From a virus (Duplodnaviria; Caudoviricetes), in the IMG/VR virus record IMGVR_UViG_3300027815_000237, positions 1 through 63,328 of that record: a DNA stretch of 63,328 nucleotides. The stretch is one strand, 5' to 3'. Each line of letters begins with the position of its first letter. The stretch's first letter is position 1. The position numbers and the translations under genes are program-made. Shown here in pieces: positions 27,641 through 37,100 of the stretch. The notes beneath the pieces were generated by a model. It worked only from the letters and a program-made list of their open reading frames with translations. It made no database searches and was not told where the DNA came from.

Positions 27641-27856
27641 ATGAACGGGAACGGAGTAAAGCCGACAGTACAAGTCACGTTGACCTACGGATTGGCCGAT
27701 GGGAAACTGACGATCTCTGGACCTATCCATGATCGGGGATTGATGAAGTTGATCCTAACGGAGGCAATGGATTTCATCCGAGAGATGCACCCGCTCAAAC
27801 CAAAGGAACAACTCGTTACGCCAGTGAATATCATTGATCTGAACAAGAAGGAGTAG
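27641..27856 (+). CDS. Small hypothetical protein
   Basis: GAGG RBS; in-operon. Confidence 0.55.
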   Translation: MNGNGVKPTVQVTLTYGLADGKLTISGPIHDRGLMKLILTEAMDFIREMHPLKPKEQLVTPVNIIDLNKKE

Positions 27857-27858
27857 CT

Positions 27859-28581
27859 ATGGACACTATGACAATGAGAGATGCGGGTATCACGCTTGAT
27901 GATCTCATTGAACGTGAGCAGCAGTTTGTTCCGTTCGGACCGTTCTGGAGATCGAAGTACCTGGAGAAGGCACCGGAGAGCGTCAAGCAGCATTTCCGCA
28001 TGGCGAAGAAATATCCGCATATCATGGGGGGGCGACAGGGCTACGATTCGATGGATGTCAACGACTGTCCGCCAGCTTCATTTACGGCGGTCACGGCCTC
28101 GGCGACAGAAACAAACCTCTGGACTCCGGCGATTTGGACTCCGATCCCCGCGAATGATATGAGAGCGGGGAAACTCTACAAGGTTTGCTTCGGCGGGATA
28201 TTCACATCGACGGCTACGCAAGGTGTTCTTACATGGACTCCGCGCTTCGGGCAAAGTAGTACACCGGCAAGCAACATCACACTTGGAGCCTCAAATGCGA
28301 CAGCACCGGCCGCGTCACTTACGGGTTCGGCTTGGTACGGTGAATTTACACTTGGGATTCGTTCGCTTGGCGTTGCGGCATCTGGTGCTACCGGGACTGG
28401 GAACGGTTTTGTTATTGTCCAAGGCGCGGCAGCGGCGACGGGAATCATGTACGTCATGGGCGGAACCGTGGCAACGACGCTCGATAATACGACCGCACAG
28501 GGATTGATCGTTTCCTTGACCATTTCAGTCGCCTCGCAATCTTACACTTGTCAATGGGTTGCACAGCGCTCGTTCAACTGA
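27859..28581 (+). CDS. Beta-rich structural protein, paralog A
   Basis: Charged 58-aa leader ending PHIMGG, then Thr/Ala/Gly-rich beta domain. Confidence 0.75.
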   Translation: MDTMTMRDAGITLDDLIEREQQFVPFGPFWRSKYLEKAPESVKQHFRMAKKYPHIMGGRQGYDSMDVNDCPPASFTAVTASATETNLWTPAIWTPIPANDMRAGKLYKVCFGGIFTSTATQGVLTWTPRFGQSSTPASNITLGASNATAPAASLTGSAWYGEFTLGIRSLGVAASGATGTGNGFVIVQGAAAATGIMYVMGGTVATTLDNTTAQGLIVSLTISVASQSYTCQWVAQRSFN

Positions 28582-28583
28582 AC

Positions 28584-29285
28584 ATGTTGACGATTTACGA
28601 CATGGTGCGGAAAGAAGAAGAATGTGGGGTTTTCTGGGGTCCATTCCGGAGGGAAATGGAATTGAAGAGATTACCGCGCCGAATTCGTCGCCAAATTCGT
28701 AATGATGGCATCGTCGGCTATCGTGTGAGTAAGGAAACGACCATGACAACCGAGAATCCTCCCGCGAACACCGCATCATTCAGCACGAGTGCTATTGAAA
28801 ACAGACTCTACTCGCAGTGGATTTGGGGGAGTATTCCTATCAACGATCCAGAGCCAGGGACTTACTACGAGATAAGTTGTGGGGGAGTCTATGGCACGAG
28901 GGCGACCAGTGTTGGTACAATTACTATCCGGGCACGGTGGGGTGCAATACAAAATGTGGGCAGTAATACGCTTCTGGCGACCTCAAACGCACTAACGCCA
29001 GCAGCGAGCCTATCTGCCGTACCCTGGATTGCGCAAATTCGTACAACCATCCGACGGGTTGATATTGAGACTGCAGCCGGGACCGGTCTTTGTTCTACCG
29101 ATGGGTGGTTGTTTAGATATGACGGTTCATCGGTAACAGGAGCAATGCACGAGATCGAGTCTTCCACCGACGACGCGATCGACACAACTATCGCAGGCGG
29201 ACTTCTCTTGACTTGGCAATTCTCAAGTTCAAACGTTGCGAACACCTGTACCTGTCAGTGGCTATGCTTTAGGCAGGGCAACTGA
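28584..29285 (+). CDS. Beta-rich structural protein, paralog B
   Basis: Aligns by eye with 27859 along its full length (GPF, PPA, IP.ND, PAASL, TCQW). Confidence 0.75.
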   Translation: MLTIYDMVRKEEECGVFWGPFRREMELKRLPRRIRRQIRNDGIVGYRVSKETTMTTENPPANTASFSTSAIENRLYSQWIWGSIPINDPEPGTYYEISCGGVYGTRATSVGTITIRARWGAIQNVGSNTLLATSNALTPAASLSAVPWIAQIRTTIRRVDIETAAGTGLCSTDGWLFRYDGSSVTGAMHEIESSTDDAIDTTIAGGLLLTWQFSSSNVANTCTCQWLCFRQGN

Positions 29286-31096
29286 TGAGACGCATTTTAT
29301 TCATACCTGGCAAGGCGGGCGATCTGAAAGAGCCGTGGAGAATTTACAAACCTCTCATTCTACCTGCCACATATACCGATAGCATCGCCGAATCGACTTC
29401 GGCCACCGAGACCAGCGATGCCACGGGGACTTACGCTGCCGCTACCACAGAAGCCGCGAGCGCAACTGAAGCAAACAGCGTTCTTCTCATTACTCTCTCT
29501 GCTATAACAGAAGCTACTTCCGCATCAGAATCAACTGATGCCACGAGAATTTATGTTGCCGATATCACCGAAGCGACATCGGCAACGGAGACGGAGGATA
29601 GGACTCTCACTCTTGCCGCCGCGATAACAGAAGCCCTCAGTTCTTCAGAAGCGGAGAGCGTGACCCTTGTTACCCTTTCAAGTATCACTGAATCTGCGAG
29701 TGCTACAGAAACGCCTACTGATCTATTGACGACACTGGCATCTGTAAGCGAGGCTTCGTCGAGTGCTGAGTCGGTCAATGCTACAAATGTTCTTGTGGCA
29801 GACATTACGGAAGCGAGCTCATCAACAGAAGTAGAGAGTGCGCTTCTAATCGCGGTGGCTGAGAGGACAGAAGCGGTATCGGCATCGGAGACAGAAGACG
29901 CGCTTCTCATACAAAGTGCAAGCATTTCAGAATCAGTAAGCGCCGCTGAAACAAGTGATGAGACGCTCGTTACTCTCGCTGATCAAGTAGAAGCAATTTC
30001 CGCAGCGGAGGCTGATTCAGCCGTATTGGATATTGCGGCGGCAATCACCGAATCTGGGACTGGCGCAGAAAGCGAAAGTGCCGCTCTCATCGTGGCCGTC
30101 TCGATAAGCGAATCAGTTTCAGCCACAGATGTTGAGGACGGTCTAAGGATTGTTGATAACCAGATAGCAGAATCAATTACGGCGAACGAGAGTTCGGATG
30201 GCATCGCCATCCAAAATGCGGAGCTGATCGAAACTGCGTCAGTGACAGAATCCACAAATGGTCTGGTAATAGTGGTAGCGTCAGTTACCGAATCGGCCAA
30301 TAGCACAGAGGTAGAGGATGGCAGCCGAGTCATGGAGCTCGCCATAACTGAATCTGCGACCGCGGGCGACGTATCGAATGGTGATGTCGGAGTAATCACA
30401 GCTGATGTCACAGAATCGGCCACGGCGACAGATAGTCCGGATGCCCTCAGGATTGTTGACAACGCCACAGCGGAATCGGCCAGTGCGATTGATAGCTCGA
30501 ATGGGCTCGCTATCCGGGATGTGGCGATCACTGAAAGCACTTCATCAAACGATGCCACCAATGGTCTGATTGTAGCGGTAGCGACCATCACCGAATCAGG
30601 TAGTGCTACGGAAAGCACGGATGGCGCCGTCCCGAGCAATGTTGTGGAGGCCGTGAGCGCCGCTGAGAGCGTGTCTGCTCTGGTTATTCGGTTCGCGTCA
30701 ATAACAGAATCATCCACTGCTATAAGCACTCAGGGCTCTGCGGGTAATATTTTCCATGCGGATCAATTGGAAGTAGCAGCGCTTTTGGATGTATGCAATG
30801 TGATCATTGCCTTTGAGCGAGCACTCGAGGCCGTTGTCTTAAAGGACTTGGCCGGCATTCTTGCGAATGTGGGCATTCAAAGTGAGATTGCGGCGGACGT
30901 CACTCAGGAAGAGATCGAGTTGTATGTATACTCCGACATTATCCTTCCGAGTTTAGACACCGTATCCGTGAGAATAATGATTGATGAGCCGACTATTTGG
31001 GCTATGATTGAAGAGCGGGTGATGCAGGGAAATCTGCCGCACGCGCCAATAAAACAAGTTGTCAAACCTTCAATTGACGAATTGATCCTGCTATGA
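29285..31096 (+). CDS. Acidic fibre-like protein with about 23 x 20-aa repeats
   Basis: Repeat (I/V)TE(S/A)xSAxExxxxxxxxxx. Confidence 0.8.
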   Translation: MRRILFIPGKAGDLKEPWRIYKPLILPATYTDSIAESTSATETSDATGTYAAATTEAASATEANSVLLITLSAITEATSASESTDATRIYVADITEATSATETEDRTLTLAAAITEALSSSEAESVTLVTLSSITESASATETPTDLLTTLASVSEASSSAESVNATNVLVADITEASSSTEVESALLIAVAERTEAVSASETEDALLIQSASISESVSAAETSDETLVTLADQVEAISAAEADSAVLDIAAAITESGTGAESESAALIVAVSISESVSATDVEDGLRIVDNQIAESITANESSDGIAIQNAELIETASVTESTNGLVIVVASVTESANSTEVEDGSRVMELAITESATAGDVSNGDVGVITADVTESATATDSPDALRIVDNATAESASAIDSSNGLAIRDVAITESTSSNDATNGLIVAVATITESGSATESTDGAVPSNVVEAVSAAESVSALVIRFASITESSTAISTQGSAGNIFHADQLEVAALLDVCNVIIAFERALEAVVLKDLAGILANVGIQSEIAADVTQEEIELYVYSDIILPSLDTVSVRIMIDEPTIWAMIEERVMQGNLPHAPIKQVVKPSIDELILL

Positions 31097-31416
31097 AACT
31101 TACCCTTGGTCTGAACGACGTCGGGATCCCCGTTCGATTGACGGTCGTTGATTCTTTGCAGCAGCCCATAAACATCTCGGCTGCGACAACGAAGGAATAC
31201 AGGTTTCTCAAACCAAGCGGGGCGAAGATAGCAGTGGCCGCAACCTTCATCACGAATGGTGTCGACGGAAAGCTCACAGCGAAAACGCCGTCTGGCCTTT
31301 GCGACCAAGAAGGGGATTTCAAGGTCCAGGTACACGTAGTTATTCCCCCAGATGAAGACTGGGGAACAACAGCTATAGACTTTGATGTCGTCGATTTCTT
31401 AACGAAGAAGGTGTAA
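31093..31416 (+). CDS. BppU-like Ig-fold adaptor
   Basis: NDVG..RLTVVD..PINIS..FLKPSG..DGKL..DQEG.F.VQ pattern. Confidence 0.6.
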   Translation: MKLTLGLNDVGIPVRLTVVDSLQQPINISAATTKEYRFLKPSGAKIAVAATFITNGVDGKLTAKTPSGLCDQEGDFKVQVHVVIPPDEDWGTTAIDFDVVDFLTKKV

Positions 31417-31417
31417 A

Positions 31418-31852
31418 ATGATGCTCTCTGATATTCCGATTTCCGATTTCATTAAAGAGCTTGACGAAGATGAGGATGCGAAAGCCCTGGCAACCTCAGA
31501 AGAGATAGAAGTCATCAACGCATCGGGGCAGGAAGCGTGTACGATCTATTTCAATAACAAAAGGACAAACTGGAAGAAGACGAACCTTGCATCTCCAGTC
31601 GCTGGGATTTCAGTCGGTCAAGATGAACGAAGGGGATTCGGCACAGCATCGATCAATGGTACATTCATACCATTCTCGTCGCTTTATTCGTTGCCTTACT
31701 TACTCTCTGTCCAGGGTTACAAGAATGGGCAAGAATATGGGGTTGGATTCTTTGATCAAACACTGTTGGACACTCGGGCAACGAACGGATTCTATGCCTA
31801 TGCTGCTGAAGACGGTGTCACGATTGAATATCGCGCATCTAAACCGTTGTAG
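31418..31852 (+). CDS. Hypothetical structural protein
   Basis: In-operon ORF. Confidence 0.6.
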   Translation: MMLSDIPISDFIKELDEDEDAKALATSEEIEVINASGQEACTIYFNNKRTNWKKTNLASPVAGISVGQDERRGFGTASINGTFIPFSSLYSLPYLLSVQGYKNGQEYGVGFFDQTLLDTRATNGFYAYAAEDGVTIEYRASKPL

Positions 31853-31864
31853 GAGACAGATCAA

Positions 31865-34105
31865 ATGAGAAAAACAATCCAATTCCTAATGTTGATATTT
31901 TTATTTGGATGTCCGGTATTCGCTCAACTCAATCCGACATACAAAACGGTAACAGCGACAAAATCTCTCATCAGCGACACTTCCAAAGCCATAACGATGT
32001 ATCAGAAGTTCGCATCAAAGACCGTGAATCTTGAAACCTTTGACTTTAAGAAAACCGGAGTATTCCGTAACTGGGTCGTATTCCAAGATACGGTCACTCT
32101 TGGGAATGTGGTTGATATTTATCTCACGCGGGCTGAAGTTCATAAGAATCTATACCTCTATAATCCACTGACGGATCTTGCATCGCCCTCGTTGATATTT
32201 AAGCAGCCAAACAGTCTAACAACTGGAACTGACAGTGTTAGTATCTCAATGGTCAATTCGCCTTTGGGTGTAAAAGCGCTGAACATGAGTCATCCTATCC
32301 AATTCACCGAATTTTCAAGTAGCGGTCTAACTGGTCTGGCGCGTTTACTAACGATGAATGGCGATACCATCATCACAAAAGGTCAGACTAATAAGATTTC
32401 CAGAATATATCCCGTTGACGCAACAAGTGGGCAGGTCTTAAAATGGACGGGTTCGGTCTGGGCCCCTGGAACGGATGTGACCGGCGGAGGTGGTGGAGGC
32501 GCGGCATTCATTCGCATCAGAAATGAGAGTGGAAGTTTCTCCAATTATCCAGATAGTTCAATTCGTGTGGATTCCAATTTCGCATTGAGTGCGAATGAAC
32601 CATATGAGGTGACAATAAGACCAATCCAACCAATCACAACGCTTTCAAGTCCGACATTTGTAAATGGCATTTACACAGGCACGCTGATCTCCGGGGCGCA
32701 TAGGGCAACCGGATTGAGTGTGTTTGATAGTCTTCAGATTACGGGTTCTCCGGCTGCTGTTGGGACAGCACCACTCTATGTTGATAACAACAGTGGAAGT
32801 GCGAACGGTTCAATAGCAATCTTCAAGGGTCAGGGTACGAAATGGTTTGATGTCAGAGCAAACGGTAGGGTAAGGATCGGAGATCCAACATCCCTTGATT
32901 CGCAGTTGACGGTCAAACTGGGCGGGCATGTCGAACGTGGGTTCTTAGTAGATGGTGCGACAACATTAACTGGGATAGTATCAACTGGGAATTTGACATC
33001 AACGGGATCTGTAACGGCACAAAGTTTTGGTCTACATAATCTATCTTTTTCTGGCACGACAAATTTCACCCAGACCTCAATCGGCACAATGACGATTTCA
33101 AATACTGGCGGAATTTACCTTAACACACCTTTGATAGGATTTCAGAACGGGTCTTTTATTCAAACCGATGTCCAGGATGTTTTGACGGGGAATAGAACAA
33201 TCCATAGACCAGATAACTCTGGAGTCTATGCAGTCGGTGCGATCTCGCCACTGTTCTTGTCATCAACCGGTATCCTGAGCGTAACCGGTGGTCTCATAAC
33301 CTCCTTAAGCGGACTTACGGCATCAGTTCAGACATTCTCAGTTGGTTCTTCTGGAACAACGCCGAACATAGTTTCGTCTGTGGCTAATCATCAATTCAAT
33401 TTCCCGCTTGCAGCTGCTGGTGTTACGAGTGGCACTATTAACAATGTCGCGCAAACGATTACTGGCCCCAAGACAATGAGTTCTCCGTTCACAACTAAGG
33501 CGCGAAATCTCGCGCCACTGGTGTATACCGACCCCGTATTGACTGTGGCGATACTTGATACATCCGCGGAATTTATCGTATTAGATCCATCAGTCCAGGC
33601 TGTTAATCAGACCGTGCTTTTACCCTCCGTCTCAGGTCGAGCTGGTAGAACATATATATTCTCTCGTTACGAGGGATCAGCAACATCTTTGACTTTGACA
33701 ATCGTGCCAAACGGATTGGAGAAAATTGATGGTAAGACGTCGATTGTGCTCACGGACAATTTTGATTATGTACGCCTAATTACCGATGGGAATGTTGGCA
33801 TTGGATGGAGGATCGTCGGCGCTCAATTGGACGGGGCGTCGTATTCCGTAACAGACAGTTTGAAGCTGACGGCTGCCGTAGCCTATATCTCCGCAGCATC
33901 GGACAGTGTTTTCTTTTCAATTCCGGGTTTCGATTCAACGAAAGGTTGGGTAGGCGGAGCGACATACACTGATGCGAGAATGAGTCAACTTCCGTTGCCG
34001 ACTCCACAACTCATCAAGCGTCCGGGTGGTATCTCGATTAGAGCCAACTACGACTGGACGATTGACAATGTTGAGATCAGTTTTCTTTACAAATTGAAGA
34101 AATAA
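31865..34105 (+). CDS. Tail-fibre-like protein with Sec signal peptide
   Basis: MRKTIQFLMLIFLFGCPVFA|Q; fibre motifs ATSGQVLKWTGSVWAPG, QTITGPKT, VLLPS..GRTY..TIVPNGLEKIDG. Confidence 0.8.
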   Translation: MRKTIQFLMLIFLFGCPVFAQLNPTYKTVTATKSLISDTSKAITMYQKFASKTVNLETFDFKKTGVFRNWVVFQDTVTLGNVVDIYLTRAEVHKNLYLYNPLTDLASPSLIFKQPNSLTTGTDSVSISMVNSPLGVKALNMSHPIQFTEFSSSGLTGLARLLTMNGDTIITKGQTNKISRIYPVDATSGQVLKWTGSVWAPGTDVTGGGGGGAAFIRIRNESGSFSNYPDSSIRVDSNFALSANEPYEVTIRPIQPITTLSSPTFVNGIYTGTLISGAHRATGLSVFDSLQITGSPAAVGTAPLYVDNNSGSANGSIAIFKGQGTKWFDVRANGRVRIGDPTSLDSQLTVKLGGHVERGFLVDGATTLTGIVSTGNLTSTGSVTAQSFGLHNLSFSGTTNFTQTSIGTMTISNTGGIYLNTPLIGFQNGSFIQTDVQDVLTGNRTIHRPDNSGVYAVGAISPLFLSSTGILSVTGGLITSLSGLTASVQTFSVGSSGTTPNIVSSVANHQFNFPLAAAGVTSGTINNVAQTITGPKTMSSPFTTKARNLAPLVYTDPVLTVAILDTSAEFIVLDPSVQAVNQTVLLPSVSGRAGRTYIFSRYEGSATSLTLTIVPNGLEKIDGKTSIVLTDNFDYVRLITDGNVGIGWRIVGAQLDGASYSVTDSLKLTAAVAYISAASDSVFFSIPGFDSTKGWVGGATYTDARMSQLPLPTPQLIKRPGGISIRANYDWTIDNVEISFLYKLKK

Positions 34106-34115
34106 TGGAGAGACT

Positions 34116-37100
34116 ATGAGACGACTAATTTTGATACTGTTATTCCTTTCGAGTTCTTTTGCAGCGGCACAGACGCTACAAAGCACCGATAGCTTTGACA
34201 CAACCGTGACCGCCAACATCAACGGAAGAAGAAAATGGCTGGGTGCAGGCGGTACTGGCCTTTATATCCAAACGAATGGCGATAGTACGATCATGGCCTT
34301 CTCCGCGACCGCAGGAACCTACGCTGCCGCCGCGTGGGATTCCCTCATAACCGGGCCCTCTATGTTTCAAATGAGGGTTGCCAGTTTGGGCAGCATAACA
34401 AGCGGTCCAGCCTTCTATTTTTATTCCTATGTGCCCGGATTTGTATTCACCAACTGGACTGGTTATCGTATCCAATGGATCCACGATGGCCCGCCGGATC
34501 ATCTTCAGATAGAACGCGTAACCGGCGGGACCACAAGGGTCATTCTTGGCACAATATCAAGATCACTTGCTGTCAATGATACAATTCGGATGTACGAGCA
34601 TGGTGCTAACTGGCGTTCTGTTACGTTGGTTCGAGCCGGGGTTACACTCGATTCACTTGCGGTGAGAGATACCATTTACAACTATAACGTGACGAATGGA
34701 CGTTGGGGGATACGTGGTTGGTGGTACAGCACCGGAGTACAGAGAATGGATGACATGGCAATTTACGGCTTACCACTGCCTCCGACTCGTGACACGGTGC
34801 CGCCCGTGATCGTCACGCTACAAGAACAACCAACAAACCCGGATTCGACAAAGACTATTCTTATCAATCTCCGAGCTACGGATGTCTATGGGCTTGATAG
34901 TCTCTATATCCGCTTTGGCACAGCGGAAACAGGAACTATGGGTGACAGTCTTGTGCTCAAATGCGGCACGACAAAAGATACGACGCTAACACTCACTCTG
35001 ACTCCAAAGCGCACAGGCCTTTACATTTATCAAGCGCGAGTCAGAGATGATACTGGAAATGTCACGACTTCCTCGACTCTCCAGTTTCAAGTGTTCCCAA
35101 AAATCTTGACGATTCACAGATTGTACGATGACTTTGATACCCTGGCAACACCAACGGTCTCTGGTGTGAGAAAGAAATACGTCAATCTTACTAATCAAAG
35201 TGGTTCCAGTGCCACCATGCAGATCAATGCTGATTCCACAATATCTCCGCGAAACCTTTCCGCTGGAGTATTCCCTGGAGCCGTAGCAATAGATTCGTTG
35301 CTCTCGGGCAGAGTTGTAGTCGGATTCATACTCAAACAAAAAGGAGACCTCCAGGACAATTCCGCTTATATCTATCTCAGGATGAGTGGAAAAGACTTTG
35401 CGACCAGCACCGGGTATCGTCTCAAGATATTGAATCAACCAGTGGGTACGGGGACTGGGATAGATATTCTTGAGATTGACAATGTGACTCCACCGAATAA
35501 CAGTCTTTTGGTGTCCAAACAAATCGAATTTGCAAATGGGGATACGATCTATTTTAAGACTTATACCGGTACCAATGCGTTGGTTGGACTTGTGAGAGGC
35601 ACACGGAGCGGAGTCCCGTTCGCCGATTCTATCACCGCGATTGGCAACTCCTATACTCCAGCATCATGGTATGCATGGATACGGGCTTTTGTCGAACCGA
35701 CCACAACGAAGATCGACAATTTGTACCTTGACACGCTCGCCGGTCCACCTCCACCGCCAGTTACGACAAGGGATACTATTCCTCCAGTGTTTCTCTCGAA
35801 GGGCCTCAGCGCGAGTCTTATTGATACAAGCCTTAAGTTTAACGTCTCGGCAAGAATTATAGACGATACGGTCAGTTATTTCTATTCTCATATTCCTTCC
35901 CATGGTTTGGATTCGATCTGGATGGGCATATACACTGTTCCGACGAATACTTTGTACGAACAGAAGGGTTGGAAGATCAGCAATGTTTATGCGACAAGTT
36001 TCGACACGACGGTCTATTCTGATTCCGTGAAGAGACCAAGCGGTATTTACAAGGTTCGTTTCTGGACAAGAGATGATTCCGGGAACGTGGCAACAGATTC
36101 GATGCAATTCAATGTTGCGCTTGGCGGCGCAAGATGGTTGACGACCTATTACAATACATGGCAGATGCAGACGGGTGGCCCGTACTATTCTCTACAACCC
36201 TGGAAAATCAATTGGGCTGGCATTACCCATGTCATAGAAGGCGGGAATCCAAACATTCAGGCGACCTATCCATTCCTCACACTCTTCGCTGGAGGGGTGG
36301 CAGGTGATTCATTGGAATGGGCCTATGGTTCACAGAGGAATCCAGCTATTGCTATGAGGGACAGCCTTATCAAGTATGCACACTTGCAGGGAACAAAAGT
36401 TCTTCAACAGATCGTCGCTATTGGTTCTGGTGGTACAGCATTGAACACGATTACCTTAGACAGTGCTACCACCGAATCCATGTGTCGAAGAATCGCGCAG
36501 TTCGTTCAACTTCACGGTTTTGACGGTGTAGATATAAACTGGGAGACAAGCCTCGGGACAAAAACTCAAACATCGTTACTGTTCCGTCGGATGAGAGCGA
36601 ATCTTGATGCTATCACAACGGGGAGTGGTGGACGCGCAACAATTCATATATCCCCCTTGTCCGGTGGATGGGGAAGTTATGATGCCGCAGTCGCCAATGT
36701 GACGTTGGATCAGATTGATCCGCAACTTTACGATATGTCGGCAGCGTGGGGTGGAAGCTATAACGTCAACTGGTTTTTGAACCCACTTCATAAGGGAACC
36801 ACCTATGCGGTCTTCAATGGAGAAGCATACGACACTCGTGGGCCATTGCAATGGGTGGCGAATGGCTTCAAGAAAAACATCATGGGTTCACTCATGGCTG
36901 TGATGGGTAGAAACTTTGTGGGCTCCGATGTTCTCTTTGGAGGTCCGTATGCCGGATGGGGTCAGGACATGGTACATTTTCAGAATGTTAGCATTCTAAA
37001 GGGTCAAGGTTACGCTGAGACCTATGACACTGCAAGGCACGCCCACACGATTCATGGGACAGCCACGGCGAATTATAGTAATCGTAACATGACACTAACC

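Noticed and set aside
29551-30729. Long antisense ORFs opposite the 20-aa repeat gene
   Set aside because: Shadow of biased codon usage; no RBS or independent motifs
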